Shown: positions 1-9,108 of the stretch, piece by piece
Position numbering within the stretch: the first letter of the stretch is position 1
How the letters are laid out: each line of letters begins with the position of its first letter
From: an uncultured Acidobacteriota bacterium
Lineage (GTDB): Bacteria; Acidobacteriota; Vicinamibacteria; Vicinamibacterales; SCN-69-37
Direction of reading: 5' to 3'
DNA length: 64,000 nt
Assembly: GCA_963793255.1 (NCBI GenBank)
Contig: CAWBZK010000005.1
Span: 543-64,542 of the forward strand
Notes under the pieces: generated by a model
Told to the model about the DNA's origin: nothing
Seen by the model: the letters and a program-made list of their open reading frames with translations, nothing else
Databases searched by the model: none
Made by a program: the position numbers and the translations under genes

Positions 1-71
1 GTCAGTCTGGCGGGCTCTTCGCGACCGCCTTTAGCCGGCTCTCCGGGCGCCGATACACCGGTGGCCCCCGA

Positions 72-1691
72 GTGAGCATCTCAACCGATCCGCACGGCCC
101 CCCGCGGCTTGTTCTTCGCTTTGCGGTCTATGCGGGCGCCGCCGTACTGCTTGCGGTGATCGGAGCGCTCCTGCTTTCCCGCTTCAACGCGTCGGAGAGC
201 GCCGAGAGCGACCTCGCCGACGATGCCGCCTACGTCGCGGACGAGCTCGGTCGCGACGATCTCGTCCGCGTGGCCTTCGCCGGCCGTGTGACGGACGACA
301 TCCAGGCGCAGCTCGACGACTTCCTCGGCCCGATCGCCGGCGCCCGCGACCTGACGCGCGCCTCGCTCGTCTCGCCTTCCGGGACGATCACCTACTCGAC
401 CGACCACGCGCTTCGCGGCAAGCCCGCGTCCGCGCTCGGCACCGGCACGCTCGACGCGAGCTCGCCCGTGCAGTGGGTGCTCGAGACCGGTCGCACGCGC
501 GGGCGCTTCGTGGCCGAGCGCAACGACGCCGTCATCGCCGCCGAAGTGCGGCGCGCGTTCCTGACGCAGTCGGCGCTCGTCGTGCTGGCGCTGCTCCTGC
601 TCTACGGCGCGTTGATCCCCGTCTTCCGCAAGGTCACCGCCGAGCTCGAAGCCCGGAACCGTCGGCTCGTCGAGAGCGAGGGCCGCTACCGCACGCTGAT
701 GGAGCAAGCCTCCGACGCGATCTTCGTCGCCGACCCCAAGGGCCGCCTGACCGAGGTGAACGCGCACGCGATCGAGCTGCTCGGCTACACGCGCGACGAG
801 CTACTGCAGCGCCACGCGATGGACATCATGAGCATCGAGGACGTCTCGCAGCTGCCGCTGCACATGGCCGACCTGAAGGCGGGCAAGACGATCCTCGTGG
901 AGCGTCCCGTTCGCCGCAAGGACGGCACGTTCCTCACGGGCGACGTCTCGGCGAAGATCCTCGAGGACGGCCGGCTGATGACGAGCATCCGCGACGTCTC
1001 CGAGCGCAAGCAGCTTCGAGAGGCACAGAAGCTCGAGGCCGTCGGGCGGTTCGCCTCCGGCATCGCCGACGACTTCTCCGAGCTGGTGGACACGATCACC
1101 CGCCACGCCGACAGCCTTGCAGGCCGTCTCGGCAGCGACCCCGACGTCGACGAGATCCGCTCGCGGCTCGCAGCGACGCGCTCCCTCACCTCGCAGCTGC
1201 ACGCCGTCGGCAGCCGCCAGGAGCTCCATCCGGAGATGCTCGACCTCAACGACTTGCTGGGCTCGCGGCTCGACCTGCTGCACGACCTTGCCGGCTCGCG
1301 CGTCGAGGTCGTGTTCAGCCCGGGCGACGACGTCGAACGCGTCTACGCGGATCCCGCACAGCTCGAGCAGGTGATCGTCGACCTCGTGCTCCACGCGCAT
1401 TCGGCGATGCCCGACGGTGGCACGCTCACCGTCGAGACCGCGAGCATCGAGTTCTCCCACGACGCTCGCAGTCACCGGGGCGCGGTGGGCCGCCACGCCA
1501 TGCTCTCGATCAGCGACACCGGCGGTGAGACAGGTGACGAGGGCGGCGAGCGCCTCGGCCTCGGCCTCGCGACCGTCTATGGCGTCGTGCACCAGAGCGG
1601 CGGCTCGATCGGCGTCGAGAGCGAGCCCGGCGGCGGCACGACCGTGCGGATCTACCTGCCGGCCGCCGAAGTGCTAGCCGCGCTCAGCTGA
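72..1691 (+). CDS. PAS-domain sensor histidine-kinase-like protein with degenerate catalytic motifs
   Basis: Uninterrupted 539-aa ORF with GTG start. Two hydrophobic helices (AVYAGAAVLLAVIGALLL; LVVLALLLLYGALIPVF) and a PAS-like core (YRTLMEQASDAIFVADPKGRLTEVN...RRKDGTF). The DHp/HATPase_c-like region ends GLGLATVYGVVHQSGGSIGVESEPGGGTTVRIYLP. The H-box position reads GIADDFSELV. Confidence 0.8.
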   Translation: MSISTDPHGPPRLVLRFAVYAGAAVLLAVIGALLLSRFNASESAESDLADDAAYVADELGRDDLVRVAFAGRVTDDIQAQLDDFLGPIAGARDLTRASLVSPSGTITYSTDHALRGKPASALGTGTLDASSPVQWVLETGRTRGRFVAERNDAVIAAEVRRAFLTQSALVVLALLLLYGALIPVFRKVTAELEARNRRLVESEGRYRTLMEQASDAIFVADPKGRLTEVNAHAIELLGYTRDELLQRHAMDIMSIEDVSQLPLHMADLKAGKTILVERPVRRKDGTFLTGDVSAKILEDGRLMTSIRDVSERKQLREAQKLEAVGRFASGIADDFSELVDTITRHADSLAGRLGSDPDVDEIRSRLAATRSLTSQLHAVGSRQELHPEMLDLNDLLGSRLDLLHDLAGSRVEVVFSPGDDVERVYADPAQLEQVIVDLVLHAHSAMPDGGTLTVETASIEFSHDARSHRGAVGRHAMLSISDTGGETGDEGGERLGLGLATVYGVVHQSGGSIGVESEPGGGTTVRIYLPAAEVLAALS

Positions 1692-2432
1692 GCGCAGCCC
1701 GGTCAGCGCCCAGAAGCCCGCCAGCACGGCGAGCGGAATCGCGATCCCGAACGCCACCGCGACCTCCTCGGTCGAGCCGGCGAGCAAGCTGCGCGCGCCT
1801 TCGATGAACGCGGTGAACGGGTTGATGCTCGCCACCGTGTGGATCCAGCCCGTGAGCAGGTCGATCGGCACGAAGACGGGGGCGAGGAAGATCAACAGGA
1901 AGATCGGGAACTGCATGATCGGTCCCGCCTGCGTCGAGCGAAGCCGCAACGCGACGCCCGCCGCCCAGAGCGTGCCGATCAGGCTGACCAGCAGCGCGAG
2001 GATCAGCAGCGTGAAGAGCTCGAGCGGGTTGCCGAGGATCTCCATCCCCATCAGCAGGCCGATCACGAACACGACCACGGTGTTGAAGAACCAGCGGACC
2101 ATCGTCGTGATCGCGTAGCCGACGACGATCCCGCTGCGCTTCGGTGCCGCGATCATCAGCCGGCTGGAGAAGCCGCGTTCGAAGTCCTGCGCGATGCCGA
2201 ACCCGGTGAAGACGCCCGCCATCGCCGCGGACTGCAGCATGACGAAGCCGAACTGGAACGTCTCGTAACCCGGCGCGTAGTCGAACCCCGGCAGCTGGTC
2301 GACGCCCGACAGCGCTCCCGCGAAGCCGACAAAGAAGATCACGGGGAACATGAGGGCGGGGAGCACGAACGCGAGGTTCCCGAACGACTTCTTGATCCCG
2401 CGATAGCCGACTGCGAGCGCGACGTCGATCAT
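1674..2432 (-). CDS. ABC-2 type transporter permease
   Basis: 253-aa reading from ATG at 2432 (MIDVALAVGYRGIKKSFGNLAFVLPALMFPVIFFVGF...) with about six hydrophobic helices, typical of ABC-2 permeases. The 312-aa ORF-track version only adds an Arg-rich leader. The start overlaps the stop of the upstream permease remnant (2429-2432). The 3' end overlaps the kinase gene 3' end by 18 nt. Confidence 0.75.
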   Translation of the reverse strand: MIDVALAVGYRGIKKSFGNLAFVLPALMFPVIFFVGFAGALSGVDQLPGFDYAPGYETFQFGFVMLQSAAMAGVFTGFGIAQDFERGFSSRLMIAAPKRSGIVVGYAITTMVRWFFNTVVVFVIGLLMGMEILGNPLELFTLLILALLVSLIGTLWAAGVALRLRSTQAGPIMQFPIFLLIFLAPVFVPIDLLTGWIHTVASINPFTAFIEGARSLLAGSTEEVAVAFGIAIPLAVLAGFWALTGLRSAERG

Positions 2433-3053
2433 GTGCGCGTCATCCTCGCGCGAAACGCGCGGGTCGAGATCGACAGCGCGACCGCGATCGCGACGAGCGC
2501 GATCCCGAAGCCGATCGCCAGCGCCTCGGCGTCCCAGCCGACGATCACGAGCGAACGAAGGCCCTCGATCAGGTACGAGACCGGATTCAGGGTCGCGATC
2601 ACGCGAAACCACTCGTTCTCCATCAGGTCGCGCGGCATGTTCATCGACGAGAGGAACAGGGCGACGAAGAAGAGCGGGAAGATGCCCTGAACGGCCTCGG
2701 GTGACCCGCTGCGAAGCGCGAACGTCATCCCCGCGGCGCCGATCGCAACGGCGCCGAGCGCGGCCAGGACGAACAACACCGGTAATCCAGCCAACCCGCG
2801 TCGAAGTGCGCGCCCATCAAGAGCCCACCGACGAAGTAGATGCAGTACTGGATCATCACAAGCGCGACGCCGCCGGCCAGGTTGCCGAGCATGATCGCGA
2901 TGCCCCGCGCAGGCGTGAGCGCGAGGCGGTTGGGAAACCCGTGTCGATGTCGCGACCGAGCTGGATCGCCGAGTTCAGCGCGGTGAACAGCGCGCCGTGC
3001 ACGAACGGGATCGCAAACATGAAGTCCACGTCAGCGAGGCGGCATTCTCGCAC
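2429..3053 (-). pseudogene. ABC-2 type transporter permease, 5'-truncated and frameshifted
   Basis: Three minus-strand pieces join into a paralogue of the downstream permease: DFMFAIPFVHGALFTALNSAIQLGRDIDTGFP / NRLALTPARGIAIMLGNLAGGVALVMIQYCIYFVGGLLMG / VLFVLAALGAVAIGAAGMTFALRSG...LNPVSYLIEGLRSLV. Frame changes lie near 2945 and 2790. Aligned by eye to the neighbour, it lacks about 55 N-terminal residues. Nothing permease-like is readable upstream of 3053, and there is no adjacent ATPase gene. Confidence 0.6.
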
Positions 3054-3099
3054 TTCGGCTTCAGCGCCGATAACGGCCGCGGCAAGCCGGGTTCTTCAG

Positions 3100-3442
3100 G
3101 AGTCGTGATCGAAGGAAGGTGGTCAAGGGTCCGTTCCTGTCGACGTTCTCGGCGCAGGACACGGTGGTCGGCAGGGCCGTACGCGATCATGTCGCGGCTG
3201 GCCGGCGACAACACCAGGGAGATCGGCGACGCCTCCGACGAGTACGGCGGCATCGGCCGGAACGGACCGCTGCAAGACGACGAAGTGACGACCGGCCGCT
3301 CCACACGCCGGGGACCGCCTACGACTACCAGGCCGACGTCATCAACAATCTCGACGGGTCCGGCGGGTTGATCAAGGACCACAGCGACGTGACCAACGAG
3401 GCCATCACCTACGCCTTCGCGTCGGCGGTCGCGCGCACGTGA
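3100..3442 (+). pseudogene. 3' remnant of an unidentified gene (possibly alpha/beta-hydrolase-like)
   Basis: Readable only as a C-terminal fragment across two or three frames: FSAQDTVVG / AYAIMSRLAGDNTREIGDASDEYGGIGRNG / GTAYDYQADVINNLDGSGGLIKDHSDVTNEAITYAFASAVART-stop. No N-terminal part or start codon lies upstream. The family assignment is a guess. Confidence 0.3.
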
Positions 3443-3478
3443 GCCCGCTGCGCTATATTCCCGTGATGAGGCGCTCGC

Positions 3479-4912
3479 GTGATCGGCACCGGACGATTCA
3501 GACGTTGGCTGGCCGGCGCCACCGCCGCGCTGCTCGCGGCGTGTGTCTGGGCGCTGCACCGGCCGCGAGTCCGACCCGGCGGACATCGTCACCGAGTTCA
3601 AGTACGGCGCCGTCGGCACCGAAGAGACCGTCGGCGTTCCGTACTGGCTGTGGGTGCGTGCTTCCCGAGGTGTTTCCCGACAAGCTGCCGAACCGTCCGG
3701 GCAACGGCTACGAGCGCCTGGGGTTCATCTACGAGACGCCGACCAGCGACCTGCCGATCGGCGCGTCGAGGAGCGGCGGCTTGCTCCCGCGCGTCGGCTT
3801 GAATTGCGCGACGTGCCACGCCGGTACCTACCGCGACGCGCCCGGCGCGGCGCCCACGATCGTGCTGGGGATGCCGGCGCACCAGATGGATCTCCAGGGC
3901 TATGCGCGGTTCCTGTCCGCGGTCGCCAAGGATCCCCGCTTCAACGCCGAGACGCTCATCCCGGCGATGCAGAAGCATCGCCGGGTTCGGCTTCTTCGAC
4001 GGCCTCGTCTACAGGTTTTTCGCGATCCCCCGCACGAAGGAGGGCATCCTCGAACGGGACAAGCGGATCGCGTGGTTCGACACGCGGCCGCCGCAGGGTC
4101 CCGGCCGCGTCGACACGTTCAATCCGTACAAGGCGATGTTCGCCGAGGACAACAACTTCGAAATCGACGACACCGTCGGCACGGCCGACCTGCCGTCGCT
4201 GTGGAACCAGCGGATGCGCCAGGGATTGTGGCTGCACTGGGACGGCAACAACAACTCCGTCGACGAGCGCAACAAGAGCGCGGCGATTGGCGCCGGCGCG
4301 ACGCCCGATTCGCTCGATCTCGACGGCGCTCGACCGGGTCGCGAACTGGATTCTCGACCTCAAGCCGCCGGCCTACCCGGCCGCGCGGATCAATACCGAC
4401 GCTGGCGGCCGCCGGCGCGCCGATCTATCGCGCGCAACTGCGCGAGCTGCCACGACATCGGCCAGCCGCGGGTCGGCCAGACGATCGACATCGCCGAGAT
4501 CGGCACCGACCCGGAGCGGCTGCGATCGTTCACGCCGGAGCTGGTGACGCAGATGAACACCATCGGCGACGGGACAGGCCGTGGCGCTTCTCGCATTTCC
4601 GGAAGACGAACGGCTATGCCGGCATGCCGCTCGACGGCATCTGGCTGCGCGCGCCGTATCTCCACAACGGCTCGGTCCCGACGCTGCGGGCGCTGCTGTT
4701 CCTCGACGAGCGTCCGGCGCGGTTCTATCGCTGCCTACAACGTCTACGACTGGAGCGGCGTGGGCTTCGTCTCGACCGGACCTGAAGCCGAGCAGCAGGG
4801 CGTCGAGTTCGACACGTCGCTGCGCGGCAACGGCAACGGCGGCCACACCTACGGCCGCGAGTTGTCGGTTCCGGACCGCGAAGCGCTGCTCGAATACCTG
4901 AAGACGCTCTGA
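3479..4912 (+). CDS. di-haem c-type cytochrome (peroxidase-like family), heavily frameshifted
   Basis: About eight frame changes join pieces of all three plus frames into one protein of about 475 aa. It has a membrane anchor/signal (RFRRWLAGATAALLAACVWAL). Two CxxCH motifs are present: NCATCHAG (codons at 3805-3819) and NCASCHDIG (4449-4463). The conserved C-terminal block is GMPLDGIWLRAPYLHNGSVPTLRALL ... EALLEYLKTL-stop. Confidence 0.7.
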
Positions 4913-5062
4913 GGCCGGAACATGGCGCCGATGCTCGCGCTCGCCGCCTGCGGCGACTCCTCGGCTCCGCCTACACGGGCGTGCTCGAGTTCGCAAGACG
5001 CAGTAGTCCCAGGCCGATTTCGTTTCTGACACTGGCGTACTCTTTCTAAACATACGTCACGA

Positions 5063-5110
5063 GACGTGGTGGGCGCGAGAGCTCCCTCTCAGTACCACGT
5101 CCGACATTTT
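5063..5110 (+). terminator. hairpin plus T-run downstream of the cytochrome gene
   Basis: GACGTGGT (5063-5070) pairs with ACCACGTC (5094-5101). Inner GAGAG/CTCTC pairing lies within the 23-nt loop. The hairpin is followed by CGACATTTTTCG. Confidence 0.45.
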
Positions 5111-5190
5111 TCGCGAGAACGTGTTGAATTGTCGGTGAACTAGGAGCAGCATTAGCTCCTCCCCCCTCTCTCCGCGGCTTGAGGTGATCG

Positions 5191-6660
5191 ATGCCACGAG
5201 TCACGATCCTCCTGTCGGGTCTGTACCTTCTGTGTCTGTCCGCTCCCGTCGACGCGCAATCTCCGCCGCTGTCGCACGTGCTCGTTGACCTGCTCGTGCG
5301 AGGGGTCACGATGCCCTCGACGACGCAGTCGGTTCCGGGAAATCCTCACGAGGCGCACTTCCTGCCTGGGCTGTCTCAGCGACAGACGCCGTTCGAAATC
5401 AACAAGGCGATCGTCGGACAGCTCGGCACGTTTCCGATCGGATCGTCGTCGGCGGGTTCTCGTTCGGCCCGACCGGAGAACGGTTGAGCAACAGCTTCGG
5501 TCCGAGCTTTGCGGAGCGCGCGCTGACGAACGGGCGCGGCCGGTTCGACGTCGGCATGAACATCCAGCGGCTGGAGTTCGACTCCTTCGAGGGCGCCGAC
5601 CTCAACAACGTCAGCGCGCTCAAGCGCATCCCCTTCGTGCTGCAGCACAACGACTGTTGTCCGGGTCAGTCCACGACGGGCACGCCGGCCGGCAACAACG
5701 ATGCGACCAACCCCGCGTTCGAAGGCGATCTCATCGAAGTCTTCCTGGCGATGAAGGTGAGCACGACCACGTTCGCGCCGTTCCTCACGTACGGCATCAA
5801 CGACCGATGGGACGTGAGCGTGGTCACGCCGATCGTGAAGGTCAATCTCCAACCCAGCATTCTGTCGATCATCGACCGGGTCTCGACCGCCGCCAACGCG
5901 GCGATCCACAGCTACGACGGCAACGGACTGAGCGTGCAGGAGGTCACGACCGCGGAGTCAGCGGGCGGGTTCGGCGACCTGACGTTGCGCACGAAGTACC
6001 GGGTCAAGGACATGAACCGTGGGGGATTTGCGGCCGGCCTCGACTTGAGATTGCCGACGGGTGACAAGGAGGAGCTCCTCGGCACTGGCGCGGTGCAGAC
6101 GACGGTCTATCTGATCGCGTCTCAGGAGAGCGACCGGATCGGGACACACGTGAACTTCGGATACATGGCGTCGAGCGGGACGCTCTCGGAAGCGCTGACC
6201 ACATTGGAAATCCCGTCGTCGGGCCTCCCAGGCAGCGAGACGCCATACCAGACGATCTTCCCGAACGGAGTCCCGGACAACACGATCCCGCTGGACCTGC
6301 CTGACGAAATCCGTTACGCCGTCGGCGTGGACATCGCGGCCCACCCGCTCGTGACCGTCTCCGCACATCTCATCGGCCGCGCGTTGCTCGACACGCAGCG
6401 CTTCGGCATGAATACGCAGACATTCAACTTCCGGACCCAGAACGACGGACCGATCTTTCAGACCAGCCGGCAGGCGTTCGACACGACCGGGAGAGGGACG
6501 CTGAATCTCCTGATCGGCACCGTGGGCGCGAAGTTCGCCATCCCGGGAAAGCAGATGCTGCTACCGCCAATCTGTTGTTCCCGCTGAACAATTCCGGGTT
6601 GCGGCCAAATCCGACCCTGACATTCGGACTGGACTACTCGGGCCGTCGCGGGACCAACTA
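5191..6660 (+). CDS. outer-membrane beta-barrel protein (MetA-pathway/transporter-type family), frameshifted
   Basis: Good SD (GAGGTG) precedes the ATG, followed by signal peptide MPRVTILLSGLYLLCLSAPVDAQ. The sequence shows an alternating beta-strand pattern with GFGDLTLRTKYRV and LDLRLPTGDKEELLGTG motifs. Frames join near 5468 and 6560, and the last strand reads TLTFGLDYS. The family call is from memory. Confidence 0.5.
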
Positions 6661-6669
6661 GATTGTGAA

Positions 6670-6720
6670 AAGGGGTCGGGACGATTTTTAAGTTCGACGT
6701 AAGAAGCGTCCCGACCCCTT
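6670..6720. terminator. palindromic hairpin element (copy 1) between convergent genes
   Basis: AAGGGGTCGGGACG (6670-6683) and CGTCCCGACCCCTT (6707-6720) form a perfect 14-bp stem with a 23-nt loop, followed by ATTTTGGG. It lies after the OMP stop (6660) and overlaps the last codons of the TIR gene as currently framed. Confidence 0.6.
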
Positions 6721-8907
6721 ATTTTGGGAGCCACCCTCCTTGGCGGAGGCAACACTCCACACGTTGGCGGATCGGCGCAGGTTCAGTGTCACCGGCACCC
6801 GTGGCGTCAGTTTCTCGCCAAAGATTGTCGTCGCGACGAGGCGTCGGGTAAAGGTGGCGGTCGCAGAATCGCCGTCGATTGAAGTTTTCTTGTCGTCAAG
6901 AGCGACCTCGAGGATTTTGAGGTTGCCGAAATACCTTTTCCACGCATCGGCGGAGCGCGACGGGTCGAGTTGCGCGACCGCGACGTGGTCTCGTGCGCGA
7001 AACGCGGCAACGTACCGGTCCAGCAGTTGCTCGATTTCCTTTTCCCTGGACGGAGGTGGTGGTGGTGGTGGTGGTGGTGGCGGCGACATGGTCAGGGCGT
7101 TCTTGAATCCCGTCGCCGCCTGCCAGAGAAGTGGGATGGCATCGGTCGGCGGTCTGGTCGCCGTTGGGTCATCTTGCCTTGTGCATCGACGTACGGCGCG
7201 CTCTCTCGTGCGGTCGCAGGGACTGCGTCTCGAAGGGTCTGCGCCTGAGACTGCGCTCGATTCAGAAGCGGTGCCAGGAGTTCGTCGAATCTCTTGTCTG
7301 ACGGGAACGCGCGCCTGCCGGCGGTCACCTCGCGGAACGCATCGGCGTCCGACCGATCCCGTATCGTCAATTGAACGCGTGCGAATGCGGCATCGGCCGC
7401 GGCAGCTGCCGCCTCGTAGAGACCGGCCGCCTCCAGCAAGAGCCCCACGCCCCGCGAGGTGTTCCGGCAACCACCGCCTGCTGTTCGCGACTCGCGGCAT
7501 TCGCATAGGCCTGCGTCCTGTCGGCCGGCCCGGCGGCTGTTCGGGCGGCCTCGAGCCGTGTCTTCGCCCGAGTGGCCAGCGCCGCCAGCATCCTGTCGAA
7601 CTCGCCTTCCGACGGGTATTTCAACTTCCCGTCGTCGAATCGCCTTGAGCGCCGCCGCCTGGTCGCCGCCACCGAGCAGTCGCTGGGCGTGAGCAATCGC
7701 GACCTTCGGCGAATCGATGTCCGCGGCCGCCCGATCGAACAACGCGACGGCCTCCCGAGTGAGGCCAATCGTGCTCGCGACCTGTCCGGAACTCGCCGCG
7801 GACTGTGCCTCTTTTTCCTTCGCAACCGCCAGGGCGTAGCTCGTCGAGTTGCGGACGGGCTCGGCCGCGTTCCTGGCCAGCCGGAGCTCCTCACGGGCGC
7901 GTTGGAGCAGCACGGCCAACATCGGATCGAACCGGCGCTCGGCCGGGAACTTCGCCTGTCCGTCGGAAATGGCCTTGAGCGCTTCACGGTCCCGGCGAAG
8001 ATCGAGAAGCTCTTGCGCGGCTTCAACCGCTGCGTCGGATGGGACCGGCGGTCCGGACTTTGACGAATGAGTCCGCGGCGCCCCAAAGCAGCGGGATTGC
8101 CTTGAGCGGGTCTGACGCGACGAGCTGGTTGGCCTGCTCCTCCAAGTCCGCTGCCGCCGCGAATCCAGAGGTGCCCTTGGCGCTGTCGGCCTCGGTGCGA
8201 GCTCGGGCGACTCGTTCCCGCGCGCCTGTCAGAAGCTGCTGGCGTAGGCCTATCAGGCGCGCGTTGTTCGAATCGATCTGGAACGCCGCCGAGAGCTCGA
8301 GCAGCGCCTCCTGACTCTTGCTCTCGACCACGAGCGCTTCGATTTGCTCGATCTTGCCGTCGGGAACCGTGGGGCCAGGCGTCGGTGGCCACAGCGCCAC
8401 GGTTGCAATCACAGCGACGACGGCTACGCCTCCGGCCAGCCACTGCCACCGACGGCGGAACCAGAGCAGCAGTGAGGGCTGAGGCCGAGGGGGCTGAGGT
8501 ATTGGACCAGGCCGGGGCCTCGGCACATGGTGAGCAACCCCGGCGCACAGGCCCTCGAAGTCCTCTGAGGACACGTCGTTGTCCCAACTGCTGAGATTGG
8601 CCCAGTTCTGCTGACCGAATCCAAATGGCGGACGAACGTCTTCAATGAGCGCCTGGACCAGGACGCCCCGCTTCACGCTGTGATCCGCCTCGTCCCTGAC
8701 GAACGGCGATGCGACGGAGGCTTTCGACCAGAGCACGAGCACACACGAGACTTCGTTGAGCTGGCGCTCGATCTCCTCGCGGAAGTCAACGCCCGGCCGG
8801 AGCTCGCGGTCCCACCACACGTCCCAGCCGATCGATTCGAGTGCGTGAGCAATCTGCCGCGCTCGCGGCAGGTCTTCACGCGCGTAGCTCAGGAAGATGT
8901 CGGCCAT
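6688..8907 (-). CDS. TIR-domain single-pass membrane protein with tandem helical repeats, poly-Pro hinge and NTF2/SnoaL-like C-terminal domain (frameshifted)
   Basis: The N-terminus MADIFLSYAREDLPRARQIAHALESIGWDVWWDRELRPGVDFREEIERQLNEVSCVLVLWSKASVASPFVRDEADHSVKRG fits the bacterial TIR_2 pattern. One TM helix follows (WQWLAGGVAVVAVIATVALW). Four frame changes (about 8055, 7648, 7460, 7165) join ORFs 8023-8907, 7092-7922, 7367-8587 and 6688-7506 into a protein of about 740 aa. The 3' end is uncertain (stop at 6688, or 6719 if there is a further frame error). Confidence 0.8.
7052..7084. repeat. trinucleotide microsatellite (GGT)8 flanked by GGA/GGC, encoding Pro11 on the minus strand
   Basis: ggaggtggtggtggtggtggtggtggtggcggc read directly. 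The minus-strand codons are CCG CCA x8 CCT CCG, giving 11 Pro between MS and SREKEIEQLL. Confidence 0.95.
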
Positions 8908-9108
8908 GAGGCGCGTTACTCCAGCATGCGCCAGCAGTTACCGATGGTATCGGCCAGGACGGACCGATTGTATACCTGCGCTTCGCTTGTTTGCGGACTC
9001 GATCCGCGTACGAAAAGGTAATCAGACCGGCCATTCGCGACGTGGTCGAAGGCGACGAGCGGCCGCCCCGAGTACTACGCACGATGACATTCGCTCTAGA
9101 ATCCCGCC

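Noticed and set aside
81-1592. Long overlapping ORFs inside and antisense to the kinase gene (81-767 -, 473-1528 +, 785-1249 -, 801-1592 -). Similar 'shadow' ORFs occur throughout, for example 14043-15152 -, 49713-51164 -, 55326-57161 -, 62325-63674 +.
   Set aside because: Their translations are Arg/Ala/Pro/Gly-rich with no motifs, as expected for stop-poor alternative frames in high-GC DNA. In each case another frame carries a clearly recognisable protein.
4922-5005. 27-codon ORF right after the cytochrome gene, with a lipoprotein-like start (MAPMLALAACGDSSAPP…).
   Set aside because: It is too short and unsupported. It may be the remnant of a longer lipoprotein gene or pure chance, and there is no clear RBS. 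I kept it only as a note.
7052-7084. Possible CRISPR or other array, considered for the (GGT)8 tract, the 15-nt repeats at 51011-51085 and the heptamers at 57332-57364.
   Set aside because: The units are contiguous with no spacers. Two of the three are in-frame coding low-complexity sequence. No cas genes are present.
8266-8274. tRNA T-loop-like GTTCGAATC motif.
   Set aside because: It lies inside the TIR gene coding sequence. I could not build a flanking acceptor or anticodon stem. No tRNA or rRNA was recognised anywhere in the window.
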